NCBI GenBank assembly: GCA_030150045.1
Contig: JASLGM010000026.1
Location: 37,182 to 101,181, forward strand
Direction of reading: 5' to 3'
Source: Taishania sp.
Lineage (GTDB): Bacteria; Bacteroidota; Bacteroidia; Flavobacteriales_D; Crocinitomicaceae
Length of the DNA: 64,000 bases
Shown: piece after piece, positions 17,922-27,412 of the stretch
How the letters are laid out: every line of letters begins with the position of its first letter
How positions within the stretch are numbered: the first letter of the stretch is position 1
Notes under the pieces: generated by a model
The model's database searches: none
Seen by the model: only the letters and a program-made list of their open reading frames with translations
What the model was told of the DNA's origin: nothing
Translations under genes and position numbers: made by a program

Positions 17922-20621
17922 TTATTTTAAGATGTTAAGTGATCCTGTGAAAACTTCTTTTCCATCATTATTCTTATTTCTGATCGTTGCTTTCCAAGAA
18001 TACTGACCACTTGGAACGAGTTTTCCATTATATGTTCCATCCCATCCCATGGAAGGATCAAAGGATTCAAATACCATTTCTCCCCAGCGGTTGTAGATCG
18101 ATAAAGAGTAATTGTAAATGTCAATTCCTTTAATACTCAACTTCCAAATGTTGTTAAATTCATCTCCATTAGGAGTAAATGAGTTAGGAGCAAAGAACAA
18201 TATTTGATCTTCAATTTTTAAGTTTAATGTTAAAGTGTCAGTACAACCATAAATTGAAGTTACAACAAGTGTAACTGGGAATTCTGCCTCATCACCTTCA
18301 GGGAATTTAAAAATAGGATTTTCTAAATTTGATTGACTAGGTACAGCTCCAGGAACTGTCCATTGCCATTGAATAACATCTTCTGTTGATTTATTATAAA
18401 CTGGTACTGTAGTTTCAAAAACAGAAGTAGGGTTTGTACTGAAATTGAAACGTGCCGTTGGAGCAGGTAATACTTTGAAGAAATCTTCTAACACAGTGGA
18501 ATATACGCAACCAAATACAGATGTGTTAACTACTGTTAGTGTATAGTCTCTCGGTGTAATGTATACATGAGAACCGCTATCTCCGTTTAAGAAAATGTCA
18601 TTTTTTGTATCACCGAAATCGATGTAAGTACTTTCTAATTCACCAATATTAGGAGAAGTATTTGTGAATTCCATCAAACCTGGCGTACATTCTTCATAAG
18701 ATTTCAATGTCAGCTGAGGAGGAATTGGAGTTGGAAAGGTGATTGTTATGCATGTTTTTACACTATCTGATGTTCCACATGCTTCTGTTACCGCAACACA
18801 ATATTCTGTGTTTGTTATTGTAGGATCTACAACTATTTCTTGCGTGTTACCAATTTCAATACCGTTTGATGACCAATTGTAGATATAATCGCTTGAACCA
18901 CCTTCAACTGTTACAGTTAGTGAAGCTGTATTTTCAGGGCAAATCTGAGTATCTGGAGTACTAGCAACGATGCGTAATGGTAATGGCTCATCTAAAGTTT
19001 GAGAAATGGTAAATTCACATCCATTTGCATCCACGATTAAAACATCATGGTCACCAACTGATAAGTCATCAGCAAAATTTTGGTTTGCGGCTGTAGCACT
19101 AGGAGAGGTTGCCCAAGTGTAGGTATACGGTGCTGTCCCATTTGTTGTAAGTAATTGTACTTTACCATCATTACCTTTATTACAAGAAACATCAGTAAAT
19201 GAATTTACAATAACATTTATTGAAGGGATTTCACTAACTGTGGCAACTGCTGTGGCTGTACATCCATTACTACTTGTTATTTCACATGTATAGTCCCCTG
19301 CTGTTAAACCAGTAATTGTTTGTGTTGTTTCGCCATTGCTCCATAAATAAGACTGTGTGCCATTTGCAGGACTTATTGTTGCAGTAGCTGTTCCGTCATT
19401 TCCATTTAAACAAGAAATTAATGTTGTGGAACTTGATGCGGTAACAGTTTCATTTCCTACTACAACAGTTGAAGTAGAGGTGCATCCGTCATCTGTTGTC
19501 ATTGTTACAGAATATGAACCAGGTACAAGGTTTGCAATGTCCGCAGTTGTTGGGTTACCAGCTGAACTCCAAGCATACGTATAAGGTGCTAATCCATGGG
19601 TGATTTCCGTTGTTACTGCACCAACACCTTGTGCACAAGTGTCAGGAATTGCAGTAGCAATAATTTGACAAGGTTGGATGATGGAACAATCTGTTGCACC
19701 TGTTGAACCATTGTTTGAAAAACCGATAGAACCTTGTGCTCCATTGTAATTTGTTACCAATAACACATAAACTTGACCAGGCTGAGCATTAGGGACATTT
19801 ACTTCTTCAGTTGCTGAAGATGAATAAGAACAGTCTACAGTTGGAGTGCTAGGGTTTATTGTACCACAGCCGTCAGCTAAATTAGTATAAGGTCCATAGA
19901 GCGCGAAGTCAACGTCGATTGCACGACCTGTATCGCTTGTTTGATGAATGGTTACGTTAATATCCCCAGCGTCTTCAACTTGCATGTACAACCACATCGC
20001 GTTAGGTGTTGACCCTAAACAACTATATCGACCAAGATTTGAACTTTGAATATTACAATAGTTAACCTCTGGCATTTCTGTACAGAAACCTTGTGCCGAG
20101 TTACAGTCAGGATTATCACCACCTATGCATTCATCTGGTGGTACTGGTGAATTAGCACAAATTGAAAAAGTACCTCTTGTTGATGAAGAACCATATTTCC
20201 AAACGCGAATGTAAATCTCTTGACCAGGAGTTAGTCCAGAGCGTTCAATTAAAGGCATTAATCCAGTGCCTCCATCGTCATTACATTCTATTAATGTAAA
20301 ATTTCCGCTACAACTAGGTGCTGAATAAATTGCCATTCCTCCATCTGTAATAGTACCTTCAAATGTGGAAACTCTCAACGTCCCAGTTGGAGGAACTATT
20401 ACCTTATACCAAACATCGGGTCCAGAATAACTCGCACAACCTGGAGCTGGAATGTTTGGGGTGTTTGTTGCACCAACTGTGGTCCCCGCAATTCTAGTAC
20501 AAGCAGACCCATTGGCTACAGTTAAAACTTGTGCGTCACAAGGATTATCTCCTTGACTATAAGAAGATGTTATGGCAAACAATGTGGATGCTACGAATGT
20601 GAAAATTGATCTAAGATTCAT
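17922..20621 (-). CDS. T9SS type-B sorting domain cell-surface protein, paralog 2
   Basis: Collinear with 14582-17278 over its full length, with most aligned residues identical by eye. The start at MNLRSIFTFVAS (ATG at 20621) avoids overlap with the small upstream gene. Confidence 0.92.
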   Translation of the reverse strand: MNLRSIFTFVASTLFAITSSYSQGDNPCDAQVLTVANGSACTRIAGTTVGATNTPNIPAPGCASYSGPDVWYKVIVPPTGTLRVSTFEGTITDGGMAIYSAPSCSGNFTLIECNDDGGTGLMPLIERSGLTPGQEIYIRVWKYGSSSTRGTFSICANSPVPPDECIGGDNPDCNSAQGFCTEMPEVNYCNIQSSNLGRYSCLGSTPNAMWLYMQVEDAGDINVTIHQTSDTGRAIDVDFALYGPYTNLADGCGTINPSTPTVDCSYSSSATEEVNVPNAQPGQVYVLLVTNYNGAQGSIGFSNNGSTGATDCSIIQPCQIIATAIPDTCAQGVGAVTTEITHGLAPYTYAWSSAGNPTTADIANLVPGSYSVTMTTDDGCTSTSTVVVGNETVTASSSTTLISCLNGNDGTATATISPANGTQSYLWSNGETTQTITGLTAGDYTCEITSSNGCTATAVATVSEIPSINVIVNSFTDVSCNKGNDGKVQLLTTNGTAPYTYTWATSPSATAANQNFADDLSVGDHDVLIVDANGCEFTISQTLDEPLPLRIVASTPDTQICPENTASLTVTVEGGSSDYIYNWSSNGIEIGNTQEIVVDPTITNTEYCVAVTEACGTSDSVKTCITITFPTPIPPQLTLKSYEECTPGLMEFTNTSPNIGELESTYIDFGDTKNDIFLNGDSGSHVYITPRDYTLTVVNTSVFGCVYSTVLEDFFKVLPAPTARFNFSTNPTSVFETTVPVYNKSTEDVIQWQWTVPGAVPSQSNLENPIFKFPEGDEAEFPVTLVVTSIYGCTDTLTLNLKIEDQILFFAPNSFTPNGDEFNNIWKLSIKGIDIYNYSLSIYNRWGEMVFESFDPSMGWDGTYNGKLVPSGQYSWKATIRNKNNDGKEVFTGSLNILK

Positions 20622-20631
20622 AGTGTATGTT

Positions 20632-20997
20632 TTAATAGACAAAGTAGTTTGTTGTGTAGTTCTCAATAGAAGCTCCGCTTGGAGCAGTAATCAATTTCAT
20701 GTCCTTTATTGTAAAAGCCCCTTTTGCTTTAACAATTAGTTTGGAATAGTTATTCGTTACTTCAAATGATACAATTCTAGTGTCATTTTGAAGAGAATTT
20801 TTTAAAGGATTTATTGATGTTTGATTTAAACCGTACAATGTAATCTCGTAGTTAGAATATACATCAGTAAATATTGGAAGATTATTTTGTTTGTTCAAGT
20901 CCATTTTTTGTTGGACAGCTAAGGGCATGTCATTATAGTCTTGCGAAAAGGAATGGTTTGCAAGTAGTACTAATGTTAAGGCAAATATCAATTTCAT
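20632..20997 (-). CDS. small secreted protein of unknown function, partner paralog 2
   Basis: 121 aa with signal MKLIFALTLVLLANHSFSQ. Shares DMPLAVQQKM, TRIVSFE, KAKGAF and NYFVY with 17290-17655. Confidence 0.75.
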   Translation of the reverse strand: MKLIFALTLVLLANHSFSQDYNDMPLAVQQKMDLNKQNNLPIFTDVYSNYEITLYGLNQTSINPLKNSLQNDTRIVSFEVTNNYSKLIVKAKGAFTIKDMKLITAPSGASIENYTTNYFVY

Positions 20998-21208
20998 AAT
21001 AGTTTATTAAAACTTGGTTAATATCAGAATATAGACTGAATTTAATTGAAAAGGTTGCCATAGATGAAGGGAATTAATTGTGATATTTAGGAATCCTATA
21101 AGTGTTTTTTTTGGGACGTGAGGATAATCGTTTTATGATAACATGGGATTTATCTACGTGTTTGGTGGCTTTTTGAAGAGGGAGACTTGTTTATCATTGG
21201 AATGCTGT

Positions 21209-21238
21209 AAAAAAAAAGCCGATCAATTTTGATCGGCT
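21209..21238 (-). terminator. intrinsic terminator of T9SS paralog 3
   Basis: AGCCGATCA..TGATCGGCT plus a T-run on the minus strand. Confidence 0.8.
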
Positions 21239-21256
21239 CATATAGAAAAAAAGGTG

Positions 21257-23968
21257 TTATCTCAAGACGTTTACATAACCGCTGTATGTACTTCTGCCTT
21301 CATTGTTTTTGTTTTTAACTTGTGCTTTCCATGAATATTGACCTGTTTGAACTGGTTTACCATTGTAATTACCATCCCATCCAATAGCAGGGTCATTTGT
21401 TTCAAAAATTGCTTCTCCCCATCGGTTATATACAACTAGATTGAAATTATATATATCTGCACCTTTCAAAGAAAATTTCCAACTGTTATTAATTTCATCT
21501 CCATTAGGAGTAAATGCATTTGGTGCAAAGAAAAGGATATCATCTTCAATTCTTAAATCTAAAGTTAAAGTATCTGTACAGCCTAATTGAGAAGTTACAA
21601 TTAATGTTACTGGAAAGACTCCTTCTTCTCCTTCTGGGTAAGTAAAGATTGGGTTCTGTGCAGAAGAAGTACTCGGAGTAGCTCCTGGTGCAGACCATTG
21701 CCAATTGATTACATCCTCAGTTGATTTATCATAAGTTGGAACAGTTGTTTCGAAAACAGATGTGGGATTGTTATTGAAGTTAAAACGTGCTGTAGGAGGT
21801 GTAATTGCTCTGAAAAATTCATCAAATACTTGTGTGTAAACACATCCGTAGATTGAAGTGTTTGAAACGGTTAACGTATAGTTCCCTTGAAAAAGATACT
21901 CATGTGAACCACCAGCTCCATTTAAAAAGTTTTCATTTTTAGTATCTCCGAAGTCAATATAAGTAGATACTAATTCACTTTGATTTGGAGAGTCGTTGTT
22001 GAACATTAACATTGCAGGTAAACAATCCTCGTATGCTGTTGCTGACAATTGTGGTGGAATTGGAGTAGGAAAGGTAATAACCATACAAGATGATGTCATA
22101 GCTGATGATCCACACTCTTCTGTTAATTCTAAACAATATTGTGTATTCGTTGTTGTGGGATCTACTGTAATTGATGAAGTAGAGCCAATCAATTGGTTAT
22201 TTGAATACCAGTTGAAAATGTAAGGGCTTGATCCACCAGCTCCAGTTGCATTCAATTGCAGTTGGTCTTCAGGACATATTTGTGTGTCTGGAGTGATTTG
22301 TGAAATAGATAAAGGTTGTGGTTCACTAATAACTTGTGAAATAGTTTGTGTACAACCATTAGCATCTGTTACTAAAATAACATGAGTGTCTGCGATTAAG
22401 TCAAGAGCTGATGCACTATTTGAAGCTGTTCCAGAAGGAGAGTTACTCCATGTGTATGTGTATGGAGCTGTTCCGTTTGTCGTTGATAAGTAAATAGTAC
22501 CATCTGCTGCTCGGTTACAAGTTGCATCGGTGAAGCTATCTATAGTAACAGTCATTGGTGTAATTTCTGATACAGTAACTGTCGCTACGCCTGAACAGCC
22601 AACTGTTGAAGTTATGGTGCAAGAATGTGAGCCTGCTGTTAAACCTGTTGCAGTTTGTGTTGTTTGACCATCGTCCCATAAATAAGAAATCGTGCCGAGT
22701 GCAGGTGTCATGACAGCGGTAGCAGTTCCATCTGCCCCATTAGAGCAACTAACAAGTGTAGAGGTGGCTGTGAAAGCAGCAGTTTGATTAGGGACAATTG
22801 CTGTAGCGACTCCTGTACAGCCATTCAAATCTCTTACTTGAACCTGATGAGAACCAGCTAATACGTTGTTTACTGTTGCAGTTGTAGCTCCTAAACTAGG
22901 CCAGTTATAAGTGTAGTTTCCTTGACCACCAGCTGCGCTTACGGTAACTGAACCACTTGATGAATTACAGATATCGGTTGTGGTAGTTGTTTGCAAACTT
23001 AGATTGCCAACAGTAATCCATGATGTATCTCCTGTATATGCCGTGCTCGAATTACAAGCTGTAGAAGAGTAAGAAATATAATAACCAAAACGACCTATTG
23101 TATTGTTAGATAAGTTTAACACACCGTTGTTATAAGGAAAAGTCTGACCATTTGTAGAACGCCAAATTAATGAAGTTGGATCGTTTCTACGGATAGTCTT
23201 CATTGGAATTTGTGATGATGTATATGTGTTTGTGTTTGATGGAGAGGAGGGGGCAAATAAACGTGCGTCGTTTGTTGCGGTCCATTGCGAATTATTTCTC
23301 CCTGTAATGATTATAGCTTGATTACCGGCTGCATTTTGTAATCCTTGTGTTGCACGACCGCCATTCCAACCTGTGTTGATTGATTTTTGTGAAATATGAA
23401 ACTCAATCTCATTTGTAGATTCATGAAATGAAGCAGCCATGTAATTACAATCTGGGGCACTAAACATCTGAATATTCTCGTACACGACATAAAATACTCT
23501 GTTTGGAGCAACACCTAAAGTTTGATAGTAGATACGACCACCATTTGATGGATTGATATCTTGATAACAAAGCATTGCCGTGTTTTTTGCAGTTGTGAAT
23601 GAAGTTGATGGAAAAGTTGTAACTGATCCTGTACTCCATTCACATGATCCACCTGCTCTTGAAGTTTCAAAAGAAATTAATCCATTTGATCCAATTACCG
23701 CTTGCGTGTAGTTTTGACCATAAAAATTAAATGTAAATCCAATTGAAACAGCAGCAGACCAACGGTCATCTGTTAAAGTCACGTAGCTTGGATTGTTTAG
23801 AACTATGGTTCCGCCTGTTACATTGGTTAATGCATCACATACATCGATACGTACAGGTTGGTTAATGCAAACAAGTGAATCTTCACCCACGCATAGTTGT
23901 TGACTGAATACATTACCTTGCGTCGCTAAAAGAAGAAGGAGCATGTAAGCGTTTTTTAACAGTTTCAT
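21257..23968 (-). CDS. T9SS type-B sorting domain cell-surface protein, paralog 3 (different N-terminal head)
   Basis: 903 aa. The C-terminal ~570 aa (SprB repeats, PKD-like module, CTD) are collinear with paralogs 1 and 2. The N-terminal ~330 aa are unrelated and may be NIDO-like (FNFYGQNYTQAVIGSNGLISF). Confidence 0.9.
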   Translation of the reverse strand: MKLLKNAYMLLLLLATQGNVFSQQLCVGEDSLVCINQPVRIDVCDALTNVTGGTIVLNNPSYVTLTDDRWSAAVSIGFTFNFYGQNYTQAVIGSNGLISFETSRAGGSCEWSTGSVTTFPSTSFTTAKNTAMLCYQDINPSNGGRIYYQTLGVAPNRVFYVVYENIQMFSAPDCNYMAASFHESTNEIEFHISQKSINTGWNGGRATQGLQNAAGNQAIIITGRNNSQWTATNDARLFAPSSPSNTNTYTSSQIPMKTIRRNDPTSLIWRSTNGQTFPYNNGVLNLSNNTIGRFGYYISYSSTACNSSTAYTGDTSWITVGNLSLQTTTTTDICNSSSGSVTVSAAGGQGNYTYNWPSLGATTATVNNVLAGSHQVQVRDLNGCTGVATAIVPNQTAAFTATSTLVSCSNGADGTATAVMTPALGTISYLWDDGQTTQTATGLTAGSHSCTITSTVGCSGVATVTVSEITPMTVTIDSFTDATCNRAADGTIYLSTTNGTAPYTYTWSNSPSGTASNSASALDLIADTHVILVTDANGCTQTISQVISEPQPLSISQITPDTQICPEDQLQLNATGAGGSSPYIFNWYSNNQLIGSTSSITVDPTTTNTQYCLELTEECGSSAMTSSCMVITFPTPIPPQLSATAYEDCLPAMLMFNNDSPNQSELVSTYIDFGDTKNENFLNGAGGSHEYLFQGNYTLTVSNTSIYGCVYTQVFDEFFRAITPPTARFNFNNNPTSVFETTVPTYDKSTEDVINWQWSAPGATPSTSSAQNPIFTYPEGEEGVFPVTLIVTSQLGCTDTLTLDLRIEDDILFFAPNAFTPNGDEINNSWKFSLKGADIYNFNLVVYNRWGEAIFETNDPAIGWDGNYNGKPVQTGQYSWKAQVKNKNNEGRSTYSGYVNVLR

Positions 23969-24196
23969 AATAATATAGGTATTAATGAGTGTATTTTTCT
24001 TTTAAGTAGACGCAAATATCAGGAAATGGATGTTTCAAAAAGGGTTTTTGATGGTGGAAAAAAATGATGTATGAATAAAATCAATCATCTTGCGAATAAA
24101 ATAGACATCTGGATGATTATTTCCTTAAAAGAATATTAATCTTCGATGGTTAGACAAATTATTTAAGTTAGATTTGCCTATCCAATTATATTGAAA

Positions 24197-26200
24197 ATGC
24201 AAGTTCAACTCGACAAAAGAAATATTGAATTCGACAGAACGTCATTCAGCGATCAAGAATTGATTGACATTTATAAAAAACTGATTCTTCCAAGGTTAAT
24301 AGAAGAAAAAATGTTGATATACCTCCGCCAAGGGAAAATCACTAAATGGTTCTCTGGGTGGGGACAAGAAGGAATCTCTGTAGGAACGGCCTATGCAATG
24401 GACGAAAATGAATACATCTTTCCAATGCATAGAAATCTAGGTGTGTTTACTACAAGAGGAATTGAATTACCGCGCTTGTTTTCGCAGTTTCAAGGGAAAA
24501 TGAATGGCTTTACAAAAGGTAGAGACAGGTCTTTCCATTTTGGAACTCAAGAACACAAAGTAGTAGGGATGATTTCTCACCTTGGACCTCAATTGGCTTT
24601 AGCAGATGGTGTCGCTCTTGCGAATAAATTGAAAGAAAACAACCAAACAACTCTTGTGTTTACAGGTGATGGAGGTGCGTCAGAAGGAGATTTTCACGAA
24701 GCGTTAAACGTTGCTTCAGTATGGGATTTACCTGTAATCTTTGCTGTCGAAAATAATAAATGGGGACTTTCAACTCCATCGCGTGAACAGTTTAACTGTA
24801 AACAATTTACAGATAAAGCAATCGGATATGGAATAGAAGGAATTCAAATCGATGGGAATAACGTATTGGCTGTTATCGATGGAATGCGAAAAATTCGTGA
24901 AAAAATGCAAGAAGATCACAAACCGGTTATTCTTGAGTTTTTGACTTTCCGTATGCGTGGACATGAAGAAGCGTCTGGAACAAAATACTATCCAGAAGGA
25001 TTGCAAGATCAATGGAAAATTTACGATCCAATTGATAACTACCACCTTTTCTTGAAAGAAATTGGCGTATTGAACGAAGCTTTAGACGAGCAAATTACAA
25101 ATGAAATAAAAGCGCACATTCAGACCAGCTTTGATACAGCGCAAGCAGAAGATAAAATTGCACCTGATTTACAACGCGAGTTAGAAGACATGTACGCTCC
25201 GTACCAAGCAAATGAAATTGCTCCAAATACGGATATAAAAGAAATGCGCTTCATCGATGCCATTCAGGATGGATTGAAACAAAGTATGCAAAATCACCCA
25301 GACTTAGTTATCATGGGACAAGATATTGCAGAATACGGTGGCGTATTTAAAGTAACAGAAGGTTTTGTTGAAGAGTTCGGTAAAGGACGCGTTCGCAACA
25401 CTCCAATATGTGAAAGTGCCATTGTTGGTGCTGGTTTAGGACTTTCAATTGCAGGAATGAAAGCAGTAGTAGAAATGCAGTTCGCTGATTTTGTAACTTG
25501 TGGATTCAACCAAATCATCAATAACCTCGCGAAAATGCATTGGAGATGGGGACAAAATGCAGATGTAGTTGTGCGCATGCCGACGGGAGCAAACACTGCC
25601 GCAGGACCTTTCCACTCGCAATCTAACGAAGCTTGGTTTACACATACACCTGGGTTGAAAGTGGTTTACCCTTCAACGCCAGAAGACGCAAAAGGATTAC
25701 TTATTGCTGCTGTTAATGACCCAAATCCTGTCATTTTCTTCGAGCACAAATTCTTGTACCGCAGCCTAAAAGGGGAGGTAGCTTCCAACGCCTATACCGT
25801 TGAAATAGGGAAAGCAAGAACAGTAACTGAAGGAAATGATTTAACCATCATTACATACGGATTAGGTGTCATTTGGGCACAAGAATATATGGCGCAAAAC
25901 CCTGAATTATCCATTGAATTATTAGATTTACGTACCTTGTTGCCATTGGATACCGAAGCGATTTATAAAGCCGTTCGTAAGACCGGAAAAGTATTGGTTT
26001 TCCACGAAGATTGTCTAACAGGTGGATTGGGTGGAGAAGTTGCCGCGCTGATTGCTGAAAACTGCTTCAAAGATCTTGATGCACCGGTGAAACGTTTAGC
26101 TTCTATCGACACAGCAGTGCCGTTTACACCTTCTCTCGAAGCGCAGTTTTTACCGCAGTTGAGATTGGATCAAGCGATAAAGGAATTGTTAGCATTCTAA
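24197..26200 (+). CDS. 2-oxoacid dehydrogenase E1 component, fused alpha/beta subunits
   Basis: About 667 aa. The TPP-binding alpha part has GDGGASEGDFHEALN, and the beta part has PICESAIVGAGLG and the transketolase C-terminal region. This fusion is common in Bacteroidota. Confidence 0.9.
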   Translation: MQVQLDKRNIEFDRTSFSDQELIDIYKKLILPRLIEEKMLIYLRQGKITKWFSGWGQEGISVGTAYAMDENEYIFPMHRNLGVFTTRGIELPRLFSQFQGKMNGFTKGRDRSFHFGTQEHKVVGMISHLGPQLALADGVALANKLKENNQTTLVFTGDGGASEGDFHEALNVASVWDLPVIFAVENNKWGLSTPSREQFNCKQFTDKAIGYGIEGIQIDGNNVLAVIDGMRKIREKMQEDHKPVILEFLTFRMRGHEEASGTKYYPEGLQDQWKIYDPIDNYHLFLKEIGVLNEALDEQITNEIKAHIQTSFDTAQAEDKIAPDLQRELEDMYAPYQANEIAPNTDIKEMRFIDAIQDGLKQSMQNHPDLVIMGQDIAEYGGVFKVTEGFVEEFGKGRVRNTPICESAIVGAGLGLSIAGMKAVVEMQFADFVTCGFNQIINNLAKMHWRWGQNADVVVRMPTGANTAAGPFHSQSNEAWFTHTPGLKVVYPSTPEDAKGLLIAAVNDPNPVIFFEHKFLYRSLKGEVASNAYTVEIGKARTVTEGNDLTIITYGLGVIWAQEYMAQNPELSIELLDLRTLLPLDTEAIYKAVRKTGKVLVFHEDCLTGGLGGEVAALIAENCFKDLDAPVKRLASIDTAVPFTPSLEAQFLPQLRLDQAIKELLAF

Positions 26201-26221
26201 CAAAATATCCTCTTAAATATG

Positions 26222-26252
26222 AAACCTCAAGTGTAAAGCTTGAGGTTTTTTT
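26222..26252 (+). terminator. intrinsic terminator of the E1 gene
   Basis: AAACCTCAAG..CTTGAGGTTT followed by TTTTT. Confidence 0.8.
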
Positions 26253-26289
26253 ATTTCCCTTAAACGAATGTTTTTTACAAGTTTTTATT

Positions 26290-26433
26290 GGCTGCCATTT
26301 CCGTCTACAGGCTTTAGTAGCTTGCCAAAAACAGGTTAGCTAATTGTTCTGAAACGCTCCTAAAGTCGCCTTTCCTCACAAAGCAAACTTTCTGTTTTTT
26401 TGCAAGCCAGCTATCACCCTCCGCCGGGGCAGG
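26290..26433 (+). repeat. Rep-A copy 2 (variant core)
   Basis: Canonical ends GGCTGCCATTTCCGTCTACAGGCTTTAGTA and AGCTATCACCCTCCGCCGGGGCAGG. The outer stem GCTTGCCAAAAACAG/CTGTTTTTTTGCAAGC is retained, but the central loop is degenerate. Confidence 0.8.
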
Positions 26434-26483
26434 GGATCCATTTTTATTAAAGAAATGATTTTATAAGTGGAGATTTTTCTTTT

Positions 26484-26630
26484 CAGCCCGGGCAAAGCAC
26501 GATAGCTAAAGGAACTGAAAAAGGAGTGAATCCTGCATTTAGTACTGCGACCAAAGGAAGCACGTACTAAAGCAGATAGAGAACCCTTTTTTCAGGAGTT
26601 TACTAAAGGGCGGAGACCGTTAAGGCTGCC
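26484..26630 (-). repeat. Rep-A copy 3
   Basis: The reverse complement reads GGCAGCCTTAACGGTCT..CTTTAGTAAA..TAGTAC(G)TGC-TTCCTTTGGTC-GCAGTACTA..CTTTAGCTATC..CCCGGGCTG. Confidence 0.9.
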
Positions 26631-26664
26631 ATAAACATTTCCTTTTCAATATAGATTTAAAAGA

Positions 26665-26703
26665 CAAAAAAAAGTCCTTAAGCAAATAACTTAAGGACTT
26701 TTT
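26665..26703. terminator. bidirectional hairpin downstream of the LolA-like gene
   Basis: AGTCCTTAAG..CTTAAGGACT flanked by an A-run and a T-run. Confidence 0.7.
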
Positions 26704-26722
26704 AATTGGATATGTTTGAGAA

Positions 26723-27355
26723 TTAATCTTCAACAATTTGGTACCCTGGGAATTTCGATTTGTCGAACACAAATTTAGAATCTTCTACTGCCGTATTGAA
26801 CTGTAATTTATTCACCGTGTAGTTCATTGTTGTTCCATCTTTCCCTTTCATTGTTGCTTTTTTCAACTCGTTAGACGCTTTTGAAACATAAACCGTAATG
26901 GTGTGATATTCGGCTTTTTTAGGGTCTTTCGGGTATAAATTAATCATGTGAACAGCTTCGTTACCAAGGGTTGTTTCTTTTTCGTATTTTGTTTTGAAAC
27001 CGTTTTCCCACATAGTTAAAATTTGCTTTGGATTCATGGCCGCATCCCCCGCGTCAACGTCAGAAATGTACACCATTTTATCATCTTTTAATATGGTCCA
27101 AACTTTTTTACCATTTGAAAGGCGAACTGCTTCTCCATACGTTGCGTAATATTTGTTTCCTTTAACCCATCCTTTTCCGGTATTATTCTCGTTCACTCCC
27201 GAAGAAGCATTTTTGATATTTGCCGAAAATTCCATGTAGAAAGACGAACTGCTTTTTACCTTATCGGATATTTGTTTTAAAATCTGATCCGCTTTTGCAT
27301 CTTGTCCAAATGCAGTAAATCCGATCAATGAAAGAAGTACAAAAAAGTATTTCAT
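26723..27355 (-). CDS. LolA-like outer-membrane lipoprotein carrier protein
   Basis: 210 aa with a signal peptide. Size and beta-rich pattern are typical of Bacteroidota LolA-family proteins. Confidence 0.75.
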   Translation of the reverse strand: MKYFFVLLSLIGFTAFGQDAKADQILKQISDKVKSSSSFYMEFSANIKNASSGVNENNTGKGWVKGNKYYATYGEAVRLSNGKKVWTILKDDKMVYISDVDAGDAAMNPKQILTMWENGFKTKYEKETTLGNEAVHMINLYPKDPKKAEYHTITVYVSKASNELKKATMKGKDGTTMNYTVNKLQFNTAVEDSKFVFDKSKFPGYQIVED

Positions 27356-27412
27356 AGGATAATGTATTTCAAATTTAATTTCTCTACGTGATTTGCAGAA
27401 AGTGTGCCAAAT

